A DNA stretch of 64,000 nt from Pseudomonadota bacterium (GTDB lineage: Bacteria > Pseudomonadota > Gammaproteobacteria > Burkholderiales > Thiobacillaceae): assembly GCA_040756115.1 (NCBI GenBank), contig JBFLZP010000005.1, positions 26,885-90,884 on the forward strand. The letters run 5' to 3'. Shown in pieces: positions 33,072-42,368 of the stretch; positions within the stretch are counted from its first letter, which is position 1; every line of letters begins with the position of its first letter. The position numbers were made by a program, and so were the translations under genes. Below the pieces are notes generated by a model that was given only the letters and a program-made list of their open reading frames with translations, was not told where the DNA came from and did no database searches.

Positions 33072-33251
33072 GAGCGCCTGGAACCTCCTCAATTCAGGAC
33101 AAAATCTTTCCTTAGTCAAAACATAGCCATTCCTTAGGGAGTTTCCTATCGAACTCGTCTAGCGTGACCCCAGGCACGGGCAAATCCCGTTGCCGCAGCC
33201 CCTGCCCGACCAGCACGGGCTGCCACGCACAACCTGGACAAGGAGACTGAC

Positions 33252-33776
33252 ATGAACACCCCACTTTTTATTCCCGCACTGGTCCTTGCTGCCGTCCACG
33301 CCCTTGCCGTGGCGGAAGACGCCACTCCGCGGGGATTGATCAATGCTCTATCCGAAGACCACCGCCCAGCTGATCTTGTGGTGGCGGAGAACACCCCTAC
33401 CCAAGGATTGATGCTGACCCCGTCGCAATTGCAATGGAAACCGAACCCCCGGGTCGCCGGCCTGGAAGTCGCGAACATCCAGGGAGACGCCACCCGGCCC
33501 GGTCCCTATGTCCAGCGTGTCAAGTTCCCGGCCGGACAGGTGGTGCAGGCGCACAGCCATCCGGACGATAGGTCCTACACGGTAATCTCCGGCACGTGGT
33601 ACATCGGCTGGGGGCCGAAATTCGATGCGGCCAAGCTCATCGCGCTTCCAGCCGGCAGCTTCTACACCGAACCGGCCGGCGTGCCCCACTTCATCACCAC
33701 GCGCGAGGACGTGGTGGTGCAGATCAGCGGCACGGGGCCCACTGCCGTGCACTATGCCGAGGGAGCCGGGAAATGA
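33252..33776 (+). CDS. Secreted cupin-domain protein
   Basis: 174 aa, with AAGGAG 7 nt upstream of the ATG. Signal peptide MNTPLFIPALVLAAVHALAVA. Cupin metal-site-like residues occur in VQAHSHPDDRSY..GTWY and PAGVPHF. Confidence 0.7.
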   Translation: MNTPLFIPALVLAAVHALAVAEDATPRGLINALSEDHRPADLVVAENTPTQGLMLTPSQLQWKPNPRVAGLEVANIQGDATRPGPYVQRVKFPAGQVVQAHSHPDDRSYTVISGTWYIGWGPKFDAAKLIALPAGSFYTEPAGVPHFITTREDVVVQISGTGPTAVHYAEGAGK

Positions 33777-34816
33777 CGGCCCGCAACGGCTACGCGTGGG
33801 CACTGGGTCTGGCATGCCTGCTTGGCGCCGCGCCGCCTGGCGCGGCGGCCAGGGATGCGCCGTTCGACGATTCCGCGATCGTGCGCGCCGAGGACCCGGC
33901 CTGGTTCAAGACGAGTTTCCTCGACCTGCGCGACGATCTGGCCGAGGCGCGCACCGCCGGCAAGCAGGGCCTGATGCTCCTGTTCAGCACCGAAGGCTGC
34001 GCCTACTGCAAGGCTTTCATCGAGCGCAGCCTCAAGGATCCTGCGATCGGCGCCCGTGTCCGTGAAAACTTCGACACCATCCACCTGGAAATCTTCGACG
34101 ATGCCGGGATGAAGGACCTGCAGGGACGCAGCCTGCCGGTCAAGCACTTCGCCCGGCGCGAAGGCGCGGCCTTCTCGCCCACGCTGCTGTTCTACGGGTT
34201 GGACGGCAAACTTATGCACCGGGTTGTCGGCTATCAGTCGCCGGAGCGCTTTCGCGTGGTGCTCGATTATGTGGCGGGCGGACACCATCGAACACTCAGC
34301 TATCGCGACTACCTGGCCCGTCAGGCATCAGGTCGGCCTGCTGCCGGGCAGCCGGCTGCCCTGGTGCGCGATCCCCTGTTCGAGCGACCGCCCTATGTTC
34401 TGGATCGCCGCCGCCCCGCCGGCAAGCCCTTGCTCGTGCTGTTCGAGCAGCCGGGCTGCGAGGCCTGCCGGGATTTCCATGCCAATGTGCTGAGCGATCC
34501 CGGGGTGCGCACCCTGCTGGCCCGCTTCCAGGCCGTGCAGCTGGATGCCCGCGACGCGGCTACGCCCGTTCTCGCACCCGACGGACGCAAGCTCACGCCG
34601 CTCCGCTGGGCGGAGGAACTCGGGCTGGCCCATCTGCCCGCCTTGGTCTTCTTCGACGAGACAGGCCGTGAGGTGCTGCGCAACGATGCCTTGAGCTACC
34701 GTCAACGCACGCTGCGCTCGCTGCAATATGTGCTGGACAAGGCCTACCAGCGCGGCATTCTCTTCCAGCGCTACACCCGGGAGAAGACCATGGAACGCCT
34801 GAAGGCAGGGCAATAG
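33773..34816 (+). CDS. Periplasmic protein with two thioredoxin-fold domains, each carrying a CxxC
   Basis: 347 aa from ATG 33773 (ATGA overlap with the cupin stop). Signal peptide MTARNGYAWALGLACLLGAAPPGAAA. Domain 1 is LMLLFSTEGCAYCKAF; domain 2 is LLVLFEQPGCEACRDF. Confidence 0.75.
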   Translation: MTARNGYAWALGLACLLGAAPPGAAARDAPFDDSAIVRAEDPAWFKTSFLDLRDDLAEARTAGKQGLMLLFSTEGCAYCKAFIERSLKDPAIGARVRENFDTIHLEIFDDAGMKDLQGRSLPVKHFARREGAAFSPTLLFYGLDGKLMHRVVGYQSPERFRVVLDYVAGGHHRTLSYRDYLARQASGRPAAGQPAALVRDPLFERPPYVLDRRRPAGKPLLVLFEQPGCEACRDFHANVLSDPGVRTLLARFQAVQLDARDAATPVLAPDGRKLTPLRWAEELGLAHLPALVFFDETGREVLRNDALSYRQRTLRSLQYVLDKAYQRGILFQRYTREKTMERLKAGQ

Positions 34817-34855
34817 GTCGTCGCGGATTCAACTTTAAAACTGAAAGGCACACAA

Positions 34856-35584
34856 ATGGAATTCGGACCCATGAGCTACGCACTCGCCCTCGCCGCCGGG
34901 GCGCTGTCCACCCTGGCGCCTTGCGTGCTGCCGCTGATTCCTATCCTGGCGGGCAGCGCGCTGCTGGCCCATCGCCTGGGGCCGCTCGCACTGGCCGGCG
35001 GCCTCGGGCTGTCCTACGCCGTCGTCGGCATGCTGCTGGCCAGCGCCGGAACGATGGCCGGCCTCGGCCAGGGCACGCTGCGCGTTGCCGGCGCGGTCAT
35101 CCTGATCGTGTTCGGGCTCCTGTTGCTTGCCCCGGGACTGCAAACGCGTTTCGCCGGCGTTGCGGCCGGCCTCGGCAACGCGGGACAAGGCTGGCTGGCG
35201 CGCCTGAGTCCGCAGGGGCTCGGCGGGCAGTTCCTGGTGGGGCTGGTGCTGGGGGTGGTCTGGAGCCCCTGCGTGGGGCCGACCCTGGGCGGGGCAATTG
35301 CCCTGGCGAGCCAGGGCGAACGCCTGGCCGAGGCGGCGGGGGTGATGCTGTTGTTCGGGCTCGGCGCCGCCCTTCCCCTGGTCATCCTGGGCAGCCTGTC
35401 GCGAGAGGCTGTCACGCGCGTTCGCGGCCGCCTGCTGGCCTTCGGGCGTCACGGCAAGACGGTACTGGGCCTGCTGTTCCTGGGGCTGGGCACCCTGGTG
35501 CTGAGCGGTGCCGACAAGGTAGCCGAGTCCTGGCTGCTGGAACGGATGCCGGAATGGCTGACGTCGATGACGGTGAGCCTGTGA
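34856..35584 (+). CDS. ccdA: CcdA/DsbD-family transmembrane thiol-disulfide electron transporter
   Basis: 242 aa with six predicted TM helices. The two signature Cys motifs are LSTLAPCVLPLIP and VVWSPCVGPTLG. Confidence 0.85.
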   Translation: MEFGPMSYALALAAGALSTLAPCVLPLIPILAGSALLAHRLGPLALAGGLGLSYAVVGMLLASAGTMAGLGQGTLRVAGAVILIVFGLLLLAPGLQTRFAGVAAGLGNAGQGWLARLSPQGLGGQFLVGLVLGVVWSPCVGPTLGGAIALASQGERLAEAAGVMLLFGLGAALPLVILGSLSREAVTRVRGRLLAFGRHGKTVLGLLFLGLGTLVLSGADKVAESWLLERMPEWLTSMTVSL

Positions 35585-35638
35585 AGCCGGCATCATGGAT
35601 AGGTCCATCCACGCTTGCTGGCCGGTGAAATATCCGGG

Positions 35639-35860
35639 CTAGGCGCCCGCAACCACCCGAACCGTCTGGCCGAAGCAACACACGGTTTGCCCCGCGCGGA
35701 TCTTGGCGGTCTTGCGGCTCTCCGGCTTGCCATCGACGCTGACTTCGCCGTTGGCGATCATGAGCTTGCCCTGCCCGCCGCTGCCGGCGATGCCGGTGAG
35801 CTTCAAGAGGTCGCACAGCGCGACGTATTCGCCGCGCAGCCGGAATTCGAGGGTGTCCAT
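35639..35860 (-). CDS. ybcJ: S4-domain RNA-binding protein (YbcJ family)
   Basis: 73 aa; YVALCDLLKLTGIAGSGGQGKLMIANGEVSVDGKPESRKTAKIRAGQTV aligns along its length with E. coli YbcJ as I recall it. Confidence 0.75.
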   Translation of the reverse strand: MDTLEFRLRGEYVALCDLLKLTGIAGSGGQGKLMIANGEVSVDGKPESRKTAKIRAGQTVCCFGQTVRVVAGA

Positions 35861-35863
35861 GCG

Positions 35864-36166
35864 TCAGGCGCCGCGGCGACGCCACAGGTAGCGGTAGACG
35901 AAGCCGGGGTACGCGAACACCAGGAACAGCGCAGCGTTGACCGCGTAGAACTCCCAGTTCTGCTTGTGGATCGGCCCGAGGCGGCTTTCCAGCAAAAGCG
36001 CGATGCCGCCAGCCACGAAGAACAGCACGACGAGCTCGAGCAGGCGCCAGGCGAGGCCCTTGTGGCCGGACTTCGGCTTGACGACGAAGAAAATGCGCTC
36101 GAACAGGAACGGCAGGTTGGCGGCGATGAAGGCCAGGACAAGCAGCAGGGAAGTCGAAAAGTTCAC
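35864..36166 (-). CDS. DUF2818-like small membrane protein (commonly found after nuoN in betaproteobacteria)
   Basis: About 100 aa with three hydrophobic helices (LLLVLAFIAANLPFLFERIFF, LLELVVLFFVAGGIALLLE, AVNAALFLVFAYPGFVYRYLW). The start is uncertain: GTG 36166 was chosen, but the ORF stays open to ATG 36331. Confidence 0.55.
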   Translation of the reverse strand: MNFSTSLLLVLAFIAANLPFLFERIFFVVKPKSGHKGLAWRLLELVVLFFVAGGIALLLESRLGPIHKQNWEFYAVNAALFLVFAYPGFVYRYLWRRRGA

Positions 36167-36371
36167 GTTGAATCCAGAAAGCCGAGTAATGCCAGGGAAC
36201 AGACTTGCCCCGGCAGCATTGAGTTCAGCGTTTAAGAAGAAATCGTAGCGAGCGGGTCGCAGCGGGGTGCGGCCGGAGCGCAGAAACGGGAATGTACGTT
36301 GTTGTACATGAGGATTTCGAGCACCGCCCAAACCCCGATCCGAGCCGCGCAGTAGATTTATTCATAAACGC

Positions 36372-37817
36372 TCAGAACGAGGCGCCGACGGCGTAGAGGC
36401 ACACGGCCATGAGCGGCTGCGGCAGGATGCCGAGCGCCAGCACGGCCAGGCCGTTGGCCGACATGATAATCCGGCTGTCGGGGCACGGGATGATCGGCGT
36501 GGTGTCGTGCGGGGTGTCGAAGTACATGAGCTTGACGATGCGCAGGTAGTAAAAAGCGCCGATGAGCGAGAACAGCACCGCGGCGACGGCCAGCCACACG
36601 TAGCCGATGCCGACCACGGCCTGCAGCACCGACAGCTTGGCGTAGAAGCCGACCGTCGGCGGAATGCCCGCCATCGAGAACATCAGCAGCAGCATGAGGA
36701 AGGCGAGCCAGGGGCTGCGTCGGTTGAGGCCCTTGAAGTCGTCGAGCTGGTCGGCTTCGAAGCCGGCGCGCGACAGCAGCAGGATCATGCCGAAGCCGCC
36801 CAGGCTCATGAGCGCGTAGACCACCACGTAGAACATCGCGCTGCCGTAGCCCGCCTGCGAGCCGGCCAGTATCCCCAGCAGCATGAAGCCCATGTGCGAG
36901 ATCGTCGAATAGGCGAACATGCGCTTCAAGTTACTCTGCGCGATCGCCGCGATGTTGCCGACCGCCATCGACAGCACCGCGAGGATCACCAGCATGTCGC
37001 GCCACTCGCCGACCTGCGACTCCAGGCCCTGGCCGAGGATGCGCACGACGAAGGCGAAGGCGGCGATCTTGGGCGCGGAGCCGATGAAGAGCGTCATCGC
37101 GGTGGGCGCGCCGTGGTAGACGTCGGGCACCCACATATGGAACGGCACCGCGCCCAGCTTGAACGCGAGGCCGGCGACGACGAAGACGATGCCGAACACC
37201 AGCGGGATCCGCAGGTCGGTGCCATCGGCGAGGATCTGCGCGATGTCGGCGAGCGCCAGCGAGCCGGTGACGCCGTAGATCATCGACATGCCGTAGAGCA
37301 GCATGCCGGAGGCGAGCGCGCCGAGCACGAAGTACTTCATCGCCGCCTCGGTCGCCACGCTGGAATCGCGCTGCAGCGCGACCATGGCGTAGAGCGACAG
37401 CGACAGCAGTTCGAGGCCGAGGTAGAGCGTGAGGAAATGGCTCGCCGAGATCATGACCATCATGCCCAGCAGCGCGAACAGCGCGAGCACGAAGAACTCG
37501 CCCTTGTAGAGGCCGCGCTGGCGCAGGTAGTCACGCGAATACACCATCACCACGGCGACGGCGAGATACAGGAAGAGCTTCAGCGCGTCCGACAGGGGGT
37601 CGTCGATGAAGAGTCCGCCGAGCGCCAGCACCGGCATGATCGAGAAATCCTGCGCGGTGAGGACGGCGGCGCCGGCCACGGTGGCGAGCGACAGCGCGTA
37701 GGTGACGTAGCGCTTGCCATCGCCGAGCGCGGCGTCGATCAGCAGGATCAGCGACACCATCGCCAGCACGAAGACTTCGGGCAGCGCGGGGGCGAATTGG
37801 GTGAGGAAGTCGCTCAT
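36372..37817 (-). CDS. nuoN: NADH-quinone oxidoreductase subunit N
   Basis: 481 aa, polytopic antiporter-like subunit, last gene of the nuo cluster. Confidence 0.93.
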   Translation of the reverse strand: MSDFLTQFAPALPEVFVLAMVSLILLIDAALGDGKRYVTYALSLATVAGAAVLTAQDFSIMPVLALGGLFIDDPLSDALKLFLYLAVAVVMVYSRDYLRQRGLYKGEFFVLALFALLGMMVMISASHFLTLYLGLELLSLSLYAMVALQRDSSVATEAAMKYFVLGALASGMLLYGMSMIYGVTGSLALADIAQILADGTDLRIPLVFGIVFVVAGLAFKLGAVPFHMWVPDVYHGAPTAMTLFIGSAPKIAAFAFVVRILGQGLESQVGEWRDMLVILAVLSMAVGNIAAIAQSNLKRMFAYSTISHMGFMLLGILAGSQAGYGSAMFYVVVYALMSLGGFGMILLLSRAGFEADQLDDFKGLNRRSPWLAFLMLLLMFSMAGIPPTVGFYAKLSVLQAVVGIGYVWLAVAAVLFSLIGAFYYLRIVKLMYFDTPHDTTPIIPCPDSRIIMSANGLAVLALGILPQPLMAVCLYAVGASF

Positions 37818-37826
37818 TCTCGAACC

Positions 37827-39311
37827 TTAAGGCAGTTTGCTCTGGGCGACGTGCGCCAGCAGGTCGACCACCGACACGTGCATGACATCGGTGAACGGCT
37901 TGGGATACAGGCCCATGGCCAGCACGCACACGGCAAGCACGCCGAGCAGCAGGACCTCGCGGGCGTTGACGTCCTTCATCTCTTCGACGTGCGGGTTGGT
38001 GACGTTGCCGAACACCACGCGCTTGTACATCCACAGGGTGTAGGCGGCGCCGAAGATCAGCGTGGTCGCGGCGACGAAGGCGTACCAGAAGTTCACGCCG
38101 GTGGCCGACAGGATGACCATGAATTCGCCGACGAAGCCGCTGGTGCCGGGCAGGCCGGCGTTGGCCATGGCGAACAGCATGAAGAAGGCGGCGAACACCG
38201 GCATCTTGTTGACCAAGCCGCCGTAGTCCTTGATCTGGCGCGAATGCAGGCGGTCGTACATGACGCCGATGCAGAGGAAGAGCGCGGCCGAGACGAAGCC
38301 GTGCGAGATCATCTGCACCAGCCCGCCCTCGACGCCGAGCGGGTTGAACAGGAAGAAGCCGAGGGTGACGAATCCCATGTGCGCGATCGACGAATACGCG
38401 ATGAGCTTCTTCATGTCGGACTGCGCCAGCGCGACGAGGCCGATGTAGGCGACGGCGATGAGCGACAGCGCGATGACGAGCCAGGCGTATTCGCGGCTGG
38501 CGTCCGGCACGATCGGCAGGATGAAGCGCAAAAAGCCGTAGGCGCCGACCTTGAGCGTGATCGCCGCGAGCACCACCGAGCCGCCGGTGGGCGCCTCGAC
38601 GTGGGCGTCGGGCAGCCAGGTGTGCACCGGCCACATCGGCACCTTCACGCCGAAGGCGAGCAGGAAGGCGAAGAACATCAGCGACTGCGCCGTCATGCCG
38701 AGAGGCGTCGCGTGCCAGGTCTGGATGTCGAAGCTGCCGCCGGACTGGAAATAGAGATAGATCATCGACACCAGCATCAAGAGCGAACCGAGCAGGGTGT
38801 AGAGGAAGAACTTGAACGCCGCGTACACGCGGTTGGGGCCGCCCCACACCCCGACGATCAGGTACAGCGGAATCAGCATGCCCTCGAAGAAAACGTAGAA
38901 CAGGATGCCGTCGAGCGCGGCGAACACGCCGTTGATGAGGCCGGACATGACGAGAAAGGCCGCCATATATTGCGCGACCTTGTCCTGGATCACCTGCCAG
39001 CCGGCGATCACGACCAGCACGGTGATGAAGCTGTTCAGCAGGATCAGCGGCATCGAGATGCCGTCGACGCCCAAGTGGTAGTGGATGTTGAACGCCGGGA
39101 TCCACGCCGACTTCTCGACGAACTGCATCGCCGGGGTGCCGGTGTCGAAGCCCGTCCACAGCGGGATCGCGACGATGAGGCCCGCCACCGCGCCGGCGAG
39201 CGCGACCCAGCGCGCGAGCGCGGCGTTGCGGTCCGATCCGGTGGCGAGCACGGCGACACCGGCCAGGATCGGTACCCAGATGACGAGAGAGAGGATGGCC
39301 TGTCCGAACAT
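37827..39311 (-). CDS. nuoM: NADH-quinone oxidoreductase subunit M
   Basis: 494 aa, antiporter-like; WLPDAHVEAPTGGSVVLA motif. Confidence 0.94.
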   Translation of the reverse strand: MFGQAILSLVIWVPILAGVAVLATGSDRNAALARWVALAGAVAGLIVAIPLWTGFDTGTPAMQFVEKSAWIPAFNIHYHLGVDGISMPLILLNSFITVLVVIAGWQVIQDKVAQYMAAFLVMSGLINGVFAALDGILFYVFFEGMLIPLYLIVGVWGGPNRVYAAFKFFLYTLLGSLLMLVSMIYLYFQSGGSFDIQTWHATPLGMTAQSLMFFAFLLAFGVKVPMWPVHTWLPDAHVEAPTGGSVVLAAITLKVGAYGFLRFILPIVPDASREYAWLVIALSLIAVAYIGLVALAQSDMKKLIAYSSIAHMGFVTLGFFLFNPLGVEGGLVQMISHGFVSAALFLCIGVMYDRLHSRQIKDYGGLVNKMPVFAAFFMLFAMANAGLPGTSGFVGEFMVILSATGVNFWYAFVAATTLIFGAAYTLWMYKRVVFGNVTNPHVEEMKDVNAREVLLLGVLAVCVLAMGLYPKPFTDVMHVSVVDLLAHVAQSKLP

Positions 39312-39321
39312 GGTTGTCGTT

Positions 39322-41328
39322 CTAGTTGAGCCGCGCGAACCAGGTCACCAGGGCGAACACCCCGATCAGCATGGCAAACGCGTAGTGGTAGATGTAACCG
39401 GACTGGAAGGCCCGCATCAGCCGCGAGAAGCGCTCGACCAGATGCGCCGAGCCGTTGACGATGAGGCCGTCGATCACGCCCTGGTCGCCGCGCCGCCACA
39501 GGAAGCCGCCGAAGAAACGCGCGCCCTTCGCGAACAGCCAGCTGTAGAGCTCGTCGAACCAGTACTTGTTCAGCAGCAAGCGGTAGAGGAACGCGAAGCG
39601 CTGCGCGATCGCCGCCGGAATGTCCGGGCGCTTGAGGTAGAAGAACGCCGCCAGCCCCACCCCGGCCACCGCCAGCCAGAACGGCAGCGTGACCAGGGCA
39701 TGCAGGCCCATCGCCGCCGCGCCGTGGAAATGCTGGTTGAGTTCGTGCATCACCGGATGGCGGTCGGACACGTAGATGGCGTTGCCGAAGAACTCGCCGA
39801 AGAGCATGGGTTCGATGGTCATGTAGCCGATGGCAAGCGACGGCAGCGCCAGCGCCAGGAGCGGGCCGGTCACCACCCACGGCGTCTCGTGCGGCGTGCC
39901 GCCGCCATGATGCTCGTCATGCTGCGCATCCGGCTCGTTGCCGTGCGCGTGGCCGTGATGGAAGCGTTCCTTGCCGTGGAAGACCAGGAAATACATGCGG
40001 AAGGAATAGAAGGCCGTGACGAACACGCCGATCAGCACCGCCCAGTACGCCAGGTTCGCCACCGGCAGGTGCGACAGCTTCACCGCCTCGATGATGGTTT
40101 CCTTGGAATAGAAGCCCGACAGGAAGGGCGTGCCGATCAAGGCCAGCGAACCGATCAGCGAGGTGATCCAGGTGATGGGCATGTATTTTTTCAGCCCGCC
40201 CATGCTGCGGATGTCCTGGTTGTGATGCATGGCGATGATGACGCTGCCTGCCGCGAGGAACAGCAGCGCCTTGAAGAAGGCGTGCGTCATCAGGTGGAAC
40301 ACCGCGACCGAATACGCCGAGGCGCCGAGCGCGACGGTCATGTAGCCGAGTTGCGACAGCGTCGAATACGCCACCACGCGCTTGATGTCGTTCTGCACGA
40401 TGCCGAGGAAGCCCATGAACAGCGCGGTGATCGCGCCGATGACCATGACGAAAGACAGGGCCACGTCGGACAGCTCGTACAGCGGCGACATGCGCGCCAC
40501 CATGAAGATGCCGGCGGTCACCATCGTCGCCGCGTGGATCAGCGCCGAAATCGGCGTCGGGCCTTCCATCGAATCGGGCAGCCACACGTGCAGCGGGAAC
40601 TGCGCCGACTTGCCCATCGCGCCGATGAACAAGAGGATGCCGATCACCGTCATCAGATTCCAGGCCTCGCCTGGCACGAGGCTGATGGTCTCGTTGGCGA
40701 GCGACGGCGCCTTGGCGAACACGGTCGCGTAGTCGAGCGAACCAAACCAGGCCAGCACCAGGCCGATGCCGAGGATGAAGCCGAAGTCGCCGACGCGGTT
40801 GACCAGGAAGGCCTTGAGGTTGGCGTAGATCGCGGTTTCCTTCTGGTACCAGAAGCCGATCAGCAGATAGGAGACGAGGCCCACCGCTTCCCAGCCGAAG
40901 AAGAGCTGCAGGAAGTTGTTGCTCATCACCAGCATCAGCATCGAGAAGGTGAACAGCGAAATGTACGAGAAGAAGCGCTGGTAGCCCGGATCGTCGTGCA
41001 TGTAGCCGATGGTGTAGATGTGCACCATGAGCGAGACGAAGGTGACGACCAGCATCATCATCACGGTGAGCGGATCGATCAGGAAGCCGACCTCGAAGCT
41101 GAGATCGCCGAGCGTCATCCAGGTGTACACCGTGCCGTTGAAAGTATGGCCGGCCAGTACGTCCTGGAACACGAACACCGACGCGACGAAGGACACCGCG
41201 ACGCCGGCGATGGTCACGAGGTGCGCGCCGCTGCGCCCGATGAGCCTGCCGAACAGGCCGGCGACGATGGCGCCGAAGAGCGGCGCCAGCGGCACGATGA
41301 GATAAAGCGTCTGCATGTCCATCCGCAT
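39322..41328 (-). CDS. nuoL: NADH-quinone oxidoreductase subunit L
   Basis: 668 aa, antiporter-like, with WLPDSMEGPTPISALIHAATMV and a C-terminal lateral-helix extension. ATG 41328 shares 1 nt with the nuoK stop; ATG alternatives lie at 41322 and 41316. Confidence 0.94.
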   Translation of the reverse strand: MRMDMQTLYLIVPLAPLFGAIVAGLFGRLIGRSGAHLVTIAGVAVSFVASVFVFQDVLAGHTFNGTVYTWMTLGDLSFEVGFLIDPLTVMMMLVVTFVSLMVHIYTIGYMHDDPGYQRFFSYISLFTFSMLMLVMSNNFLQLFFGWEAVGLVSYLLIGFWYQKETAIYANLKAFLVNRVGDFGFILGIGLVLAWFGSLDYATVFAKAPSLANETISLVPGEAWNLMTVIGILLFIGAMGKSAQFPLHVWLPDSMEGPTPISALIHAATMVTAGIFMVARMSPLYELSDVALSFVMVIGAITALFMGFLGIVQNDIKRVVAYSTLSQLGYMTVALGASAYSVAVFHLMTHAFFKALLFLAAGSVIIAMHHNQDIRSMGGLKKYMPITWITSLIGSLALIGTPFLSGFYSKETIIEAVKLSHLPVANLAYWAVLIGVFVTAFYSFRMYFLVFHGKERFHHGHAHGNEPDAQHDEHHGGGTPHETPWVVTGPLLALALPSLAIGYMTIEPMLFGEFFGNAIYVSDRHPVMHELNQHFHGAAAMGLHALVTLPFWLAVAGVGLAAFFYLKRPDIPAAIAQRFAFLYRLLLNKYWFDELYSWLFAKGARFFGGFLWRRGDQGVIDGLIVNGSAHLVERFSRLMRAFQSGYIYHYAFAMLIGVFALVTWFARLN

Positions 41329-41633
41329 CAGCCTTTCAGGTGGTCGAGGTCGTCGACGTTGATCGTGCGCAGGTTACGGAACAACACCACCAGGATGGCG
41401 AGGCCGATGGCGGATTCGGCCGCGGCGACGGTGAGGATGAAGAACACGAAGACCTGGCCGTGGATGTCGCCGAGGTAGTGCGAGAACGCGATGAAGTTCA
41501 TGTTCACCGCGAGCAGCATGAGCTCGATCGCCATCAGGAGCACGATCACGTTCTTGCGGTTGAGGAAGATGCCCAGCACGGCGATGGAGAACAGGATGCC
41601 ACCCAGCACCAGATAATGCGACAAGGAAATCAT
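41328..41633 (-). CDS. nuoK: NADH-quinone oxidoreductase subunit K
   Basis: 101 aa from ATG 41633 ([15 protein letters not shown]..), with AAGGAG 7 nt upstream; [13 protein letters not shown]. Confidence 0.93.
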   Translation of the reverse strand: MISLSHYLVLGGILFSIAVLGIFLNRKNVIVLLMAIELMLLAVNMNFIAFSHYLGDIHGQVFVFFILTVAAAESAIGLAILVVLFRNLRTINVDDLDHLKG

Positions 41634-41648
41634 GCGTGCGCTCCTTCG

Positions 41649-41750
41649 GCGCGGTGAGGCGTGAGGGGGAAGGCGCGAGGTGTGAAATCGTGGCAAGTCA
41701 TGGGTTTTTCTCCTCTCCCCTCACTCCTGACACTTCACGCTTCACCGCGC
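41649..41750 (-). repeat. Long imperfect inverted repeat spanning the nuoJ 3' end and the nuoJ-nuoK spacer
   Basis: The plus-strand segment GCGCGGTGAGGCGTGAGGGGGAAGG (41649-41673) is largely complementary to 41711-41750 (TCCTCTCCCCTCACTCCTGACACTTCACGCTTCACCGCGC). This gives a 15-bp stem with one G-U pair and a second ~8-bp stem, separated by an asymmetric internal loop. Confidence 0.6.
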
Positions 41751-42333
41751 TCATCTTGACGATGCGCAGGCGGTCGTTGCGCTTGACCTTCACCTGTTCG
41801 GCCGGATCGATGTACTTGCTGTCCTTGCGGCGCCGCAGCGTCAGCGCGATGGCGGCGACGATGGCGACCAGCAGGATCACCGCCGCCAGTTCGAAGGCGT
41901 AGACATAGTCGGTGTAGAGCAGACGCCCGAGTTCCTGGGTGTTGCTGTAGTCGGCAGGCAGCGGCTCGGGCGTCGCCATCACGTCGAGGCCGAAGTGGCG
42001 ACCGCCGAGGATCAGCGCCATCTCGATCACCAGCAGCACGGCGACGAAACCGGCCAGCGGCAGGTAATCCCAGAACCCTTCGCGCAGGCGCGCGAGGTTG
42101 ATGTCGAGCATCATCACCACGAACAGGAACAGCACCATCACCGCGCCGACGTAGACCAGCACCAGCACGATGGCGAGGAATTCGGCCTCGAGCAGCATCC
42201 ACAGGCCGGCGGCGGTGAAAAAGGCGAGCACCAGATAGAGCGCCGCGTGCACCGGGTTGCGCGCGGTGATCACGCGCAGCCCGGCAAACACCAGGATGGC
42301 GGCGAAGAAGTAGAAGATCGCGGTTGTGTACAT
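41698..42333 (-). CDS. nuoJ: NADH-quinone oxidoreductase subunit J
   Basis: 211 aa; [39 protein letters not shown] aligns from residue 1 with NuoJ N-termini. No purine-rich SD lies upstream (see repeat 42334-42368). Confidence 0.92.
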   Translation of the reverse strand: MYTTAIFYFFAAILVFAGLRVITARNPVHAALYLVLAFFTAAGLWMLLEAEFLAIVLVLVYVGAVMVLFLFVVMMLDINLARLREGFWDYLPLAGFVAVLLVIEMALILGGRHFGLDVMATPEPLPADYSNTQELGRLLYTDYVYAFELAAVILLVAIVAAIALTLRRRKDSKYIDPAEQVKVKRNDRLRIVKMSAVKREVSGVRGEEKNP

Positions 42334-42368
42334 AGGGGTTAGGGGCTAGGCGTTAGGGGCCAGGGGCG
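42334..42368 (+). repeat. Five tandem 7-nt G-tract units directly abutting the nuoJ start codon
   Basis: Units AGGGGTT AGGGGCT AGGCGTT AGGGGCC AGGGGCG on the plus strand. Four GGGG runs with loops of 3, 10 and 3 nt fit a G-quadruplex pattern. The mRNA strand is the C-rich complement. Confidence 0.85.

Noticed and set aside
42334-42368. The G-tract heptad array as a CRISPR array, telomere-like end or microsatellite phase-variation switch
   Set aside because: It is only 35 nt with degenerate units. There are no spacers and no cas genes. It lies internal to an operon and outside any reading frame. I kept it as a repeat or structural element only.
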